The position numbers and the translations under genes were made by a program. A stretch of 64,000 nt of DNA, taken from positions 60,943 to 124,942 of the forward strand of contig MQRK01230866.1 in the NCBI GenBank assembly GCA_001938485.1. The letters are read 5' to 3'. Shown piece after piece: positions 36,728 to 49,390 of this stretch (positions are counted from its first letter, which is position 1; every line of letters starts with the position of its first letter). Source of the DNA: Girardia tigrina (lineage: Eukaryota). The notes beneath the pieces are model-generated. The model saw only the letters and a program-made list of their open reading frames with translations. It was not told the DNA's origin and did not search any database.

Positions 36728-37958
36728 TACAGTCGAACCCCGATTTAACGAGAGAATAGTGAACTCCCTGTCGTAACAACATACATGATATGTATATAAG
36801 CCACCGTTTTAACGAACCCCATTTTAACGAAAATCTCGCCTTAACGAACGTTGCCTTCACATTTTACAAAATAAAAATCCTGTCTTAACTAAAATTTACC
36901 TATGATACACCCGTTCTCTTTTTATCTTATACGCAAATTAATAAAATTAAATCATAAAATTAAATTCATTAATCTTATTTTGTTTAAATATTTTAAACTG
37001 ATTGTATATTTAAATATCAAAACTACACTTTAGTGAAATTACATTCTGTTTTGAATGTTCGATCGACCAACATTTTTAGGTGAATTTAAGATAATTTTAA
37101 CTTTGTGCATTGAATAGTAAATTTATGGGCTGTTGTGGGCTTTGATTTTAAGCTTTATTTTAATTCTATATGTCTAATATGAAATAAACATGTCAAATTA
37201 ATATATTTTTATTCTATTTCCAAATTTAAAATTTTCTTCATTTGTGTTTAGATTAATTTAGTTTAATTTTTTGCATGGATTCAACTGTTATTTCTGAAAT
37301 ATTCTCGTGTATTCTGAATTGGAATAATTTAAATTACAGCGCTGATTATTCTCAAGTTCGGAGCTGTCTTCTATTTTCCTTGTTTTCGGTTTCATTCCCG
37401 AGTAAATTTAAATAATTTGAATGGGAATTAAAGGTTTTTTGGGGACTCTAAAGGCTTTGAATGGAATTTTCCAGTTCCCCTATGAACTTTTTAGTTGATT
37501 TTCGAATTAATGAAATATATCAAATAAATTAGTCTTTAGCATGATTTTTTACCAATAATGTCAGCTCATTTTTTCTTTACTCTAAAGGGTCTTTGATAAT
37601 CGATTAATTAGCGTTTGATTTGCCCGTTCAATCTGCCCTTGCGATTGTGGATTACGAGTTCTTATGTAATCCACCAGTATTGCAATGAACACGGAATATC
37701 TGGAATCGTTTCGGTCATAGATTTAGAAGCCACTCTGGCGAAATCTGCTCTAAGTCAACGATGTCAAGCTACACAGTATGGTTTTTTTGAGTCTTGATTA
37801 ATGAAATCTTTTCAATAAGGTATATGGATTTTATTCTTTAAATTTTAAAAATGAATAGTAAATAAATTTGAGGATGGATCGGACATTACATAAAAACCCC
37901 GTTTTAACGAATATTTTCTCGATCCCCGTGTTTTTCGTTAAACCGGGGTTCGACTGTA
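36728..37958. mobile_element. Non-autonomous pogo/Tigger-type element carrying foreign fragments
   Basis: TIRs TAcagtcgaaccccgatttaacga / tcgttaaaccggggttcgactgTA; empty-site paralog at 25813-25941. Confidence 0.88.
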
Positions 37959-38029
37959 ATTAACTTAACTTTAATTTTAAGTATACTTTGTGTGGGAGAA
38001 TATGCAAAATTAAATTAAAAGAAATAAGT

Positions 38030-38972
38030 AATTAAATAAGAAAATTCTAGTTTTTTACTCGATTGGCCAAGAGAGAGAAATACTCGCACTGATTGGGCAA
38101 GATCAGAGTGAGTGAGAATCGATTAAATTTGATAGAGATTTAGTTCACTTTTTAACTCGAATAAAAAAGTCTTTCGATTAAATAAAAACAAAATTATAAA
38201 TAATTTTGAGAACAAATCGATATTATTTTTGAACGAAATTATTTTTTTGTTTTACGCTACGATATGTTTGATTTGACGATTTGTTCTGGTGTCTTTTTGT
38301 GTGTGAAAAGTTTTTTGTGTTATCTTTTTATTTTTTGAAAGAGAAATAAAGCTGTCAAATCAATTAACTTTCTTTTGAATTTGAAATATAAAAAGCTATG
38401 AATTCATCGATGAAATTTATAATAATGTAATGGGCCCAGCATTCCGAGACCGAGCTTCGTATATTATCCGGAACACCTTTACAAAAAATATACTTTTGAG
38501 TATAAATACTTTTAGTACAATTATGGGCATTTCTACCGGACAATCTAGCTCATGTACCGAAAATAATAAAAAAGAGAATATATTACTTTTGTCCTCACAG
38601 TAAAGATAGAAAGACGTAATATCTCTATGTTGTTTGTTCGAAAAGTATTTGTCTCGAAAATTCAAATATGCTTTGTAAGGAATGTAAGTTATGTTTTTTT
38701 TAGAATTCATTCATTTAGTTTGTCTTTTTCCTTTTTCGTTTATATCTGTCAAAATATTGAACGTATATGTGATTATGATTATATTGTGTTTTATAATCAT
38801 GGGTGTAGATTGATACTTGCATAATTTAATTTTTAATGTGATTTTTTTAATTCTATATCTGTTATTGTTATAACATATTATATTTTTAGATAATTATTAG
38901 TATAAACTAGTCTTAATTTATATGTTATAGTTAAGGGGCCTATTAGGTCACTGTTGATCCGTTGCTGGTTAA
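38030..38972 (+). mobile_element. piggyBac remnant with C-terminal Cys-rich domain
   Basis: ~38575-38692 reads FCPHSKDRKT..VCSKSICLENSNMLCKECK (piggyBac CRD pattern); right end ...ggTTAA at 38969-38972; left boundary approximate. Confidence 0.65.
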
Positions 38973-39554
38973 AGAAGATTTGATCCATTTTTCGATTAAA
39001 TATTGGTGAATATTTCTGCAATGTTAACGTACCATAAGAATCTTTTGCTTTAAATAATGATAAACTCTTCATAATTTAAAATGAAATTATTCAAAACACA
39101 TTTTAGATTGAAAAACTTCCATTTATATTTATTCTAATAAAATTGAAATATTTCGAAATTTGATCAGATGAAATTGTTTGAATTGTTTTAAGCTTAAAAA
39201 GATACAAAGGGAAATATTTTTACTAATACATTAATGACTTTTCCAACAATATATCTGTGAGGAATATTTTAAATTGTATGAATGTGTAAATGTATTGATG
39301 CAGTATGTTGAATTTAGAATGGTGATTCTCCCACCCAGATGGGACTTGGTATTTTTTATTTAAATTTAAAGTGATTGACTATTCGAACATAATTAAAATA
39401 ATCATTTTATAAGTTGATATTTTTTAATTTAACAATTAAAATTAAGTTTAATATTTTTAACAACCGCATTTTAGTATATAAAATTGTAATTCAAATATAT
39501 TATATAATAAATTAATAAGTAATTTTACAGCATAAGAATAAAACCATTTAATCA

Positions 39555-39897
39555 TTAATACATGTCAGGTCTAAGTCGTAGCTCCCCATAAATCCATGTG
39601 TTAGGTTTATTAAGCATTTGTCTCCAAATAATAGCTTCAGTTGATGTGGCATCCATCCAATCTATTGCTGCTCTTTTTGGATTTGTGGGTCCTAAATTTA
39701 GTCGAATGCCCCCAACAAATATTTTTCTCAGCAAAGAAATTTTATTATAAATTAAAATTTCTAGTCCCATATGTCGAAGAGCTTGACGTTGGATGTTATC
39801 AAACTTTAAAATAACGTTCCACGCAGGATTACAAGAGTTCTTTATGCATTTTGTTTTCTGAATCGGATGAATTTTTTTGTCGAATGGAAGAATATAC
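39555..39897 (-). CDS. Synaptotagmin-like protein (SYTL4/5/bitesize type), last exon (C2B)
   Basis: ttgtag|G TAT; YILP..QKTKCIKNSCNPAWN..LEILIY..FVGGIRLNLG..IDWMDATSTEAIIWRQMLNKPNTW.YGELRLR*, the Slp C2B DWMDS..E..LW..M...P..W..G.L.LR tail. Confidence 0.88.
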
Positions 39898-40199
39898 CTA
39901 CAAATATTGTTCATTAAAACGGAAGATGATAAGATAAAATAATGTTTCAATTGAAAATTTTTGTTTTCTGAAAATATAAATTCTAATATTTAAAATACTC
40001 TCCTAAAAGGAAGAAAACTAAAGGATATGCAAGTATGAATCTAAAAATAAGTAATTATGAGGTATTATTCAAAGCTGAACCGGAATGGTTTTACACCTGG
40101 GGGCTCACAAAAAGAAAATAGTCTTGAGAAATGGTACCTAATAGAACACCCCAAAGTAAAGGATCGAGTTTATTTTTGAAACTATGAAACTACTTAAAT

Positions 40200-41800
40200 A
40201 TTTTTTAAACAATACAATTAACAATATGCTCCAAAAATCTTTTCTGCGAGGGTTTCTCGAGAAAAAGTCTTTTGATATTGAAAGAAGATCAAATTTTTTA
40301 GTCCTTTCATTGTGGAAATGTATCAACAGGAGATTTTTAAAACGCTTTTGTGTCACTGAGCTCCGTAAGTACATCTTGAGTCTTCTCGTGGCAGAAAAAG
40401 AGCGTTCAGCTGTTGAAGTTGTCACTGGTATTGTCATCCACAGAGAGATTATATTACAAATTCTGAATACAGAGATGTTCACATTGTCAATGCATCAAAC
40501 ATCTCAGTAATCGTCCAAAAATTTCTTATTTCTTCCGCGAGAGCAAAAACTGACTTTTTCTGCATTTATCTCACAGAATCCGGCAAAAGATTTAACTGTC
40601 TTGAAAGCCAGAGAGCTGATATCAGACTCAAAAATTGGATGATAGACTCATCTACAGGAATATCTTGTGGTTCAATCCAGTTTGCAGTCGTCGCAAGCAT
40701 CTTTTTAATTTTGAAAGGCATTTCCAAAAGAGACTTGGGAGAAACACCTGGTAAGTTCTTCGCAGGCGTTGTCCACAGATTCAAAATAAATGACACTGTG
40801 GCAGTCTTCTGCTAACTCGTGACAATGAGATCCCAACACTTCTTCACATCGTTTCGGAGGACACTTTCTGAGTGGTGCGCAAGGTAATTCAGTCAGGTTT
40901 TTTGCTGTTTGTCTCAATTTTTCAAAGAAATTGTGAAATTCTTCTTCTGGGCGACGTCTTTGAAGGTAGTCTCTCAGGAATTCACAATGGTCAATTCCTT
41001 CCAAAACAGTAATGAATCGCTCCTGAGTTGTGATGAAACAGTTTCAGCATGTAAAAAGATCAAGTGGCACAAATGCAGCCAAAAATAGATATCAACCCAA
41101 CGGATACAAATAGAAAGCTGCTCCTTTCTGCTGTTATCCTTCGACTCATCAGTTAACAAAGCCAAATATTTTGCTTTCCTGATGTCTGCTAAAAGGTTAT
41201 GAAAAAGAACCTGTCCCATAAAAGTGATTGATTCACCGAGGATATCTGGTGAAGTGTAATTACCATCTTAAATCCAAATATCTAGTCTGTCAATGTCTTC
41301 AAATCTTATATTCAATATCTAATGTAGGATACCTTCTTGACTTTCATGTCCATGAATTGCATGGCCTTGACGCGCGAGATAACGTAGACTGCTAAACTGT
41401 CTAAGAAACATATCGCGTCGAAAGGCTTCAAGTGTACCATACTGCTCATTTAACTGAAACAAAACAAACTTTCCTTTTTCTTTGTTCTTGTTTCAAATAT
41501 ATCATTGACTCTTTGGGTGGGTTTTAAAGTGTTTAACTACCTTTTCTTTCATTTGTAAAAACCATTAATCGTAAAAGTGGTTTCAAGATTTTTACTGAAG
41601 GTTGTAATGTTTCCTTCAGTGAACGTACGACAAATAAAGCAAAATATTTTCGTGTTTTAAACACACAATGATATCCACGGGAATTCCTAGTACCAATGAG
41701 ACTGAAAAGTTCGAAATGAACCCTTGCAACAATCTCGGCGGGAGTTTTTCAATATATTCTCTGAAGTAGGTTGAGTAGGCTGAGGTGCAACACTCAGCGT
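40200..41800 (-). pseudogene. hAT (Tip100/ZMYM1-like) transposase, degraded, in SYTL intron
   Basis: SLRYLARQGHAIHGH, ALLTDESKDNSRKEQLSICIRWV, TIPVTTSTAERSFSATRRLKMYLRSSV. Confidence 0.85.
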
Positions 41801-43284
41801 GACACATATTGTCTTCATTAATGATCGGTGATTCCATTGTAACACGACACAGAATAAAATCGAAAACCATTAGTTTAAAGTCCAAAAAGACCATTACAGA
41901 AAAAACTTACAATTCAGATGACTGTTGAACTTGTGATGATGACGACTCAGTGCACAATATAGGAGCTTTAGCACCACTTACACTTAAATATACAAATTGT
42001 TTAGTTTAAATATGTGATAGGGTGAATTTATTATAATTATTAATAAGGTTCAAATAGTGAATGGAGAAAATAACAAAGTAATAAAGTGAATTTCATTACA
42101 AAAATCGTCGTGTCATATCTTCAATGAGTGTCCTTTTTACTGGCATGATAAGAAACTGCAACAATTAACTTTAGCGTTTGGACATGTTTAAATTGATTTA
42201 TAAAAGGGATATAGACGCAAAACATCCACATTTCGATACGTTAAAACACAATAAATCAGACATCAGTTGCCGCATTTTAAATACAATTTAATTTACTAAA
42301 CTATTCAATTAGAAAATCCTATTAGAAAAAAATAAGAAACCATGTCTATAAATCGATGTAAGAAATAATATTTATATGAAACAAGTAGAAAAGAGTATCA
42401 GGCTTTGATATATGCAAAACTATCAGTAGTAGGCCTATAACGCATAGAATAAAGGCCCACCATGTGTCTTAAAACACTCATATTTATTTAACCATATTCA
42501 TTAAAACATACTTTAGAAACTAACGTTCTTGTGATAATAAAAAAAAGCCTTATGTCTGTTTTTAGTTGGACAAAAAAGTGTTAGGGTTGCAAAAAATACA
42601 TATTAACACTTTTGATAAAATTTTATGTAGAAAAAAACTTTAAAATAATTCTTTTGATAAAATTATTGATTTCAAACAAAATAATATTTAGTTTAGCAAA
42701 ATTTGGAATCGAAAATTAAAAATATTTTAGTCTTTGTTTTATTTGATCAATTCTCAAGGTTAGAAAAAACTAGTATATAAACAACAACGAATTCAGTCAT
42801 AAACACACCAATAATTTCCTGCTACAAATTTTAAAGAAGATTCCGTGTAGAGTAAATTTATTTAAATTCTTTATTTTTATTTCTTTTTCTTGAAGTTGAA
42901 GTCGAACTAAGTATCCTGTATAGGAGAATAAAGTTCATTTGACTTTAAGGGTTTAACGGTTATCGTTCGTTTAGAAGATTTATAGTTTGAAAATTAATAA
43001 ACTGTGATCTGATAAACTCGCATCGAATATCCGTTTGTGAATACATCTATTGATATTATTGAAGTGAACAATATAAAGCTGTGTGCTATTTTGTGTTATT
43101 AAAAAAATAAAGTTTTAAAAAAGAATTTGTGTTCATTCATTTATATATTTATGTTGGAAGTCCTTTCTGATTAATTGGAGTCAGATCAAAGATTAAAGAT
43201 TAAAGATTACAGATTAAAGATTAAAGATTTTAAATACCCAACAAAAGGATGTTCAGTGTTTTTTGACATAATATATTTCACTTT

Positions 43285-43319
<35 letters not shown>

Positions 43320-43409
43320 TGCGGGGCTGATGTATGTATTAGCCCTTATTGTCAAAATATGGGGGCGCAGAAGCCACCCCCCTGTATTCCCCGGTTCCGA
43401 CGCTAAAGA

Positions 43410-44070
43410 AAGAGAAATATTTTCAGTGTATGTTGCGTTACATCCATTAAATGTACAGTAGAACCTGTCTATTCCAGCATGGCCGGTGATTTTAAAATAT
43501 GCCGGGATATATAGTTTGCCAGAATAGCGAGAGTCAGAACAAATACAGTGATTGAAAAATGGGGATTTTCGGACCTGTCGGATTAGACGGGTTGTCGAAT
43601 TAAAGAGGGACAAATTAGACAGGTTCTACTGTATAATGGTAAATGAGATCCAAACACAATCCTAATGGCGTTGGAGATTTATTGCCAAATATGCTTTCAA
43701 TTTTTCTGGTAGTGGATATTACTTTTAAAAGCTTTCAAAATATAACTTTTAAATATTTCAAACGCTTCTGAGCATATTCAATTTCTAAACTTTTATCATT
43801 ACTGTTGCAAGATTGATCTTTTTCTTGAACATCTGTAATTTTAGTAATATTATTTTTTGTCAATTAATTTATCGATATCTTTTGTTAGTTTTTCCACTAT
43901 TGATTTTGAAAATATTTTATGTAATTTATTAAGGCAGTCAATAAATCCTTTATATGTAGATGAAAGAGCCCATGAACAAAAAATAATACTTTTAATCATA
44001 TTTTGACTATATTTGGATTCACAGAAACTGTTCAGTATTGAATAAAAACCCGCGTCAGTTTTCATTCTGT
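43410..44070 (-). mobile_element. Penelope-like element fragment (RT thumb + GIY-YIG start)
   Basis: KTDAGFY..SFCESKY..MIK..CSWALSSTY, homologous to 56870-57000; LIYHYTFNGCNATY split by the MITE at 43454. Confidence 0.75.
43454..43633. mobile_element. pogo-like MITE nested in a Penelope GIY-YIG
   Basis: TIRs TAcagtagaacctgtcta / tagacaggttctactgTA. Confidence 0.85.
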
Positions 44071-44084
44071 AAATCTCTGCCTCA

Positions 44085-44520
44085 AAACAACCGTTTCTTA
44101 TCTCAATTTACATGTAATAGGTGTAATGCCACATACATTAGAGAAACTTATTGTAATCTCTCTAATAGAATCGAAGAACATAGTCGTAATGAATGTGGAA
44201 GTAAATTTTTGAATATAGAAGACATTGTGCAGCTTTAAAGTAAACATATTTATAAAGTAAACATAAATTCACAACACTTTAAAATTTTGTGCACTCAATT
44301 TAAGAATTATTGGGAGAGAGTGACATGTGAAGTGTTTTATAGAAGACCTTTGGATACTAAAATTATCGTTCCAACTGTATTATTACCTACTTTGTTAACA
44401 GTTTTTAAATGATTGCATAAACATTAACTGAACTTTCGTTTGAAATTATCATTTGTTCTGACGATGGTGGTTATACCGTCGAAATTAATAAACTTCTGTT
44501 TGCCTTAAAATACTTTATTA
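44085..44520 (+). mobile_element. Penelope-like 3' end (GIY-YIG + 3' UTR), inverted relative to 43410-44070
   Basis: QFTCNRCNATYIRET..LSNRIEEH, FKILC..FKNYWERVTCE; homologous to 57340-57626. Confidence 0.78.
44454..44493 (+). ncRNA. Minimal type-I hammerhead ribozyme (Penelope-associated)
   Basis: gtt CTGACGA t ggtggt-tat-accgtc GAAA ttaa TA aac: conserved core, 6-bp stem II, palindromic minimal stem III, short stem I; ~45 nt after the Penelope stop codon. Confidence 0.7.
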
Positions 44521-44835
44521 AATAAAATATTCCAGCTTACCAAATTGTGAAACTATCCATTTTGTCTTTTTAAAGATTATTTTATGAGACATTCTAAATC
44601 TTTTTACTCTTGATGTGTTGAGGTTTGCCAATTATTGCTTATTGTTCAGTAGAATGTCTTCAGCTCTACTAATTATGTTTTGAAATTCATTTTCAAAATC
44701 TTTCTACTTTTATATTTCTTTTAATTAACTTTTTCTTTCATTTTATCTTCCAATTCTTTACAATTTTTAACTCATTCTATTATCACTTTTTATTAACTAG
44801 TCGAAATTTTGTTTTTTTGTAATACTAATGTAACT

Positions 44836-46570
44836 GGAGACACAAAAAAGTACTTGGATTGCCCAAGAATGCATCTAATGCATATCTCTACACGCCAAGA
44901 GAGAATAGGGGCGTCGGTATTAAGTCAATATAAGATGAGTACTTGATTCAATCCCTGGCCCACAGTTTTTAGATGATTGCATGTAGTGAGACGGGGACTA
45001 TGGATGCGGTAGTCTTCTGTCTACAGAGAGGTGCAACAGGTCCGCGAAAGTGAAATCTTCTGTCGATTGAGGCGGCATTAGTCTGACTTAAAGCAGGAAC
45101 AACATCTATGAAAATCAAAAACTGGTGGGCGAAGATAAAGTTCGCCATACATAAAAACAAGAAGCTGCACCAGATTCATGTGAGTATTGTGCAGAACAAA
45201 CAAGGATTGTGTCTCCATCTCCACCAATCCCTTGTATGGGAAAGGACACTTCCGAATGGGGAGACAGAGATTATATGGGATGATACGAACGAGAATATAC
45301 TGCTCACACGGCTCTTGAAGGACAGTGTGTCCATGACACTAAGAATATTAGTAGAGAAATCATGACACACAAATGGACAAAACAAAGCAGTGCCAGCCGC
45401 TTTGTGAGAAGCCTAATTTTTACAATTAGCTTCCACGGCGCTGTTTATGGGGGGTTTTGAACGACAGTGAATGGTATAGTCATCACAAGACGATGACTTA
45501 CACAGTCCCTGTCAATTACCGAACAGGCAGTACGAAAAACAGGGTCACTGTCGTAGGTGTCACAACAATAAGAAAATACTTGCCCACGTGTTGACCAGGT
45601 GTCCGTTTGGTGAGGGCTTCTGAAAATAGAGACATAACTCAGTCCTAAAGTGTATAGGAGAACAAATCACTCAGTATCTTGATTGCACAGTGCATATAGA
45701 TGTTGAGTGTCAATATGCACCTTCGAGAAACCGAGTTGATCTACAAGTACCAGGGTCAAAGCACTTGTATTTAATAGATATAAAATGTCCTTATGACACA
45801 AAAAAGAATATAGAAAATAGCAATGTCAGGAATCTCGATCACTACGAGAACTTGGCTGTGACGTGCCGTTGGGCTATACCTGAGACAACGGTATCAGTGC
45901 ACACTCTCCAGGTTGGCGCTCTAAGAACCTGGCCGAAGAGGAGCACCGATATCCTGAGAAACTTAAAGATTCCACCAAAGGTGATACGGAAAATTACCTT
46001 TGGCTGCTCAATATCAAATGTAATATACTAGGCAGTACAATAATTGTACCACCGTGATGGTGTGATTCTTCAAGACACAAAAAGAATAAGAAAAATAGTA
46101 GTCGAAGAAATAGAGGAGCCTCCGATCTATACTCATGATGGAGGAAACTGAATATGAACATGTGGAACCGGAGGTCACCGAGGACCTTGATCCGGCCGCC
46201 CTGGATGCGCTCTTACAATCATACAATTATAGAATTAGAATGCAACAGGGGTGAAGAGGATAAAGTCCGAGGCCATGAATCATCCGAAGACGAAGAAGAA
46301 GTCTCTTTACCATATAGAAAGCGGGTTGGAGATTAATCTGAAGATGAAAACAACCCATCTTGGGAGGAAGAGTTATCTTCCGATGATGAGGTGATAGGGT
46401 TTGAGTAAAAGTGTCGGACTTGGCGGAAATGATCACCCAATTGAAGAGTGCGGGGGGAGGCCTCGAGAAAAGAACCCCTGTGAAAACCAGGGCACATGTT
46501 GAAGACAGCTACGGCTCGAAACATGGTGCGAATTAATTTATGTTCCAACTGGGCACTTTTGCTCACTGAC
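44836..46570 (+). mobile_element. 5'-truncated RLE-type non-LTR retrotransposon (R2/NeSL-like), degraded
   Basis: LYTPRE..GVGIKSI, CCHC knuckle CRRCH...ILAHVLTRC, RHNSVL, RVDL..YLIDIKCPYD (PD-(D/E)xK endonuclease), acidic tail, A-rich end. Confidence 0.78.
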
Positions 46571-46643
46571 AAAAAAAATTAAAATTAAAGCATTGTAAAC
46601 AATAAAAAAACATTCACACAATGATGAAAGAAATAAAACTTAC

Positions 46644-46846
46644 ACTTTGACAAAAGCATTACACAATTTATTGATTTGTCCACTATAAAGATTTTCGGCC
46701 TTCTTTACCCAAAGCATTAATTGGTTCTTTGGTTCCAGGTTATCAATTGACGTGACATTTATGGTTGCCGAACTGGCATACTTCAGCGAGACATATAAAT
46801 CCCCTCGATATACCAGAGAAGAAACATAATGGAAAATGTCTATAGG
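46644..46846 (-). CDS. SYTL-like exon (linker + start of C2B)
   Basis: PIDIFHYVSSLVYRGDLYVSLKY..QLMLWVKKAENL..NAFVK GT|gtaagt; phase joins 39897 (GTG = Val); AAG acceptor chosen for phase 0. Confidence 0.82.
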
Positions 46847-47152
46847 CTTAATAATGATCATTGTTATTTAAGTTAAACAAGAATGATGAAAAATAACAAT
46901 AGTTAAAAAATTTAACTTTATAAATTGAATACAATTTTTGATTACAATATTAAAGAAGCAGTATGAATTTATGGTTTCCTTTGATTCCTCCAGTTTATTA
47001 CATTTGGTGGGGTTCTTTTATTCAGTAATTAATCTGTTAACATTCTACTTTGAAATGTCTAAATCATATACATCTTTACTGATTAAATTTATTTGACTTA
47101 TTATAAAAAATAAATCATTATGTACAAAATTGCACAAAATTTAAATTATCAC

Positions 47153-47311
47153 CTTTCCTTTAAAGAAATACCATTGAGGTTCATTAAATATTGGTTCATA
47201 ACAAATTGGAACATAAGTTTGGCCAATAAAAACAATTTTCTTCCATCGAGATTTGAAGGAAAGCTCTATCAAAAACTGTCTTTCTTCTGTTTCGTTTATA
47301 TCCATATAAAA
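47153..47311 (-). CDS. SYTL-like exon (end of C2A)
   Basis: gttag|FYMDINETEERQFLIELSFKSRWKKIVFIGQTYVP..QWYFFKGK|gtgat; 159 nt, phase 0/0. Confidence 0.72.
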
Positions 47312-47362
47312 CTAACAAAATAAATGTATTATTAATTAAATTAATTAAAAAGAATAAATTAC

Positions 47363-47468
47363 TTTAAATTTTTTATTAATTTCAATATTTGATGCTATGG
47401 GCATTTCCATTGAATTTGTAACTTTGTTTTTTCTGTCAACCTCTGGATGGACGGATATTCTTAAGAAA
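47363..47468 (-). CDS. SYTL-like exon (middle of C2A)
   Basis: aag|T FLRISVHPEVDRKNKVT...NKKFK|gtaatt aligns to YVK.YLLPD..K.KT...ETL; 51-nt intron to the next exon. Confidence 0.6.
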
Positions 47469-48880
47469 CTTGATTTGTATTAAATGTTAAGAAAATTTAT
47501 TTTCTCATTTGATTTTAATGTTATTATTAATCGTTTGTTGAAGGGTCCATAATTAAAATAAATAATTAAAATCAAAGACAAATAATGTTTTATTTTAAAA
47601 AAATTATTAAAAATCAGTATGGGAAATTCAATTTATTCGAATTGAATTGTAAATTTAAACCAAAAATAGTGAGCCTATCATAGAAAACACAATCCGATTC
47701 AATTGAAATATATTTTCATTACAAGAAATTAATAAAGGCATCCGTAATTATATTTATTTTCATAAATATTTTTTTTATATTAGAAATTTAAAAAAATGTT
47801 GTTTCGCGATAAATTTTAATTTAAATAATTAAAAAAACGCAAAAAATCGAATCTCAATCGACGGAGGATTTCAGAGAAATAAAGATAAAGGATCTGTTTT
47901 CATCGGAGATCGTATCGTCATCTAGTGATTTAAAAAATTCAAAATCATCAAAATTTTCCAGTTCTAATTCGGTTCTTTCTCCTGTTGTAAATTGCAAATC
48001 CGCTCCGTTAAATAATCCTAAAACAAGCAAGCGAAAGTCCTGTGGATCCCGGCGAGAGGACGAATTTACTAGAGTCTACCGAATCATCTGACATTGATAA
48101 GAAATTCCTCCAGAAAATGGCTCAAATTCACAAAATCAGTCACGAAGAAAGATTCAGAAAATATCCTAAAGAAAACAACCAAATCGTGGTGTTGGATCCT
48201 GTTCTCTAAGAACTGTAATCAAAGCGGACCATTGATCCCTCAACCAATTCTCTCTCTAACTTTGTTCGTGTTTTTATTAGACTTAGATTCTCTCTTATAA
48301 TGAAATTATTTATTGCCTGGACTATTCTCGACGACTCGTGTCAATATGACATCTTTACATCACAAAAATCTCTCTTGATTTATGAGTGTTAATGGAAGAA
48401 GTTGTTGACGTTTTTTGGACGGTTTATGTTATTATCTGTATTTACGACAATGGATGATATCTTTTTATTGATTATGTGAATCTGTGTGGAGCGTTACATG
48501 TTTTACCAAAAATATAATTTTATAATAAAAAAAATAAATAAAATAAAAAAATTTTAATAAATAATAATAAAAAAATGAATAAAAAAGGCGATTGTAGAGT
48601 TTCGAGACACGAGGGAAGTCTCACTGAACATTTTGAAATTATAGAAGTAAATAAATAAATAAATCCACCGACAAATGAAAAAGAAATCCGAAAATCAATG
48701 ATGTATTAAAAAAATCAAAAAACAAAAATTCCGCTGTATATTAAAACAAGATTGTTTTTTTAAATTAATTTTAAGAATTAATTTAATTTGTTGATCCACT
48801 TTATTTTTGAATCCCATTATAAAGGAGCAACAGTAAAAACTGGAGTAAAAAGTTTTTTTGTGAAAATTAATTATTGGTAA

Positions 48881-49005
48881 AAATTTATTGATGGTAATAA
48901 TTTATTGAAGGTTAAAATTTATTTATGGTGAAAAATTATTAATGATAAAAGTTTATTAATGATAAAAATTTATTGATTATAAAAATTTTTGTATGGTAAA
49001 ATTTT
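48881..49005. repeat. 17-bp minisatellite, ~7 copies
   Basis: Unit aatttattgatggtaat with variants. Confidence 0.7.
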
Positions 49006-49390
49006 AATAATTTATTATACACATAAATTATTTTCGTATGTGGAAATTCATGGAAAAAATTCGTTGATTAATAGTCACTACAGCGATCATTGCAAAATCA
49101 CGATTAATAAAAAATATCACATATTAATAAAACAGATGGTATCATGCTTCGTTTTGATTGGCCGATTTTTGTTATGAAAATTATTGTGAAATCGAATTAA
49201 GATCGATTAAAAAATTCGTGAATTTTTTTTACTTTGTTTTACCGAATTAATGTTATTTTTGATTATGGGCGCGAACTTCTCTTTTTTGAAAAAATCGAAA
49301 AGTCGCCATTTTTTTGTAAAGTGTATTCAAATTATCAATAAAAATTTGATATTTTTTGGTATATTTGTGTGCTTGATATCTTCAACCAGC

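Noticed and set aside
46946-47085. Extra tiny SYTL exons
   Set aside because: The flanking exons already join in phase 0 and match the family without them
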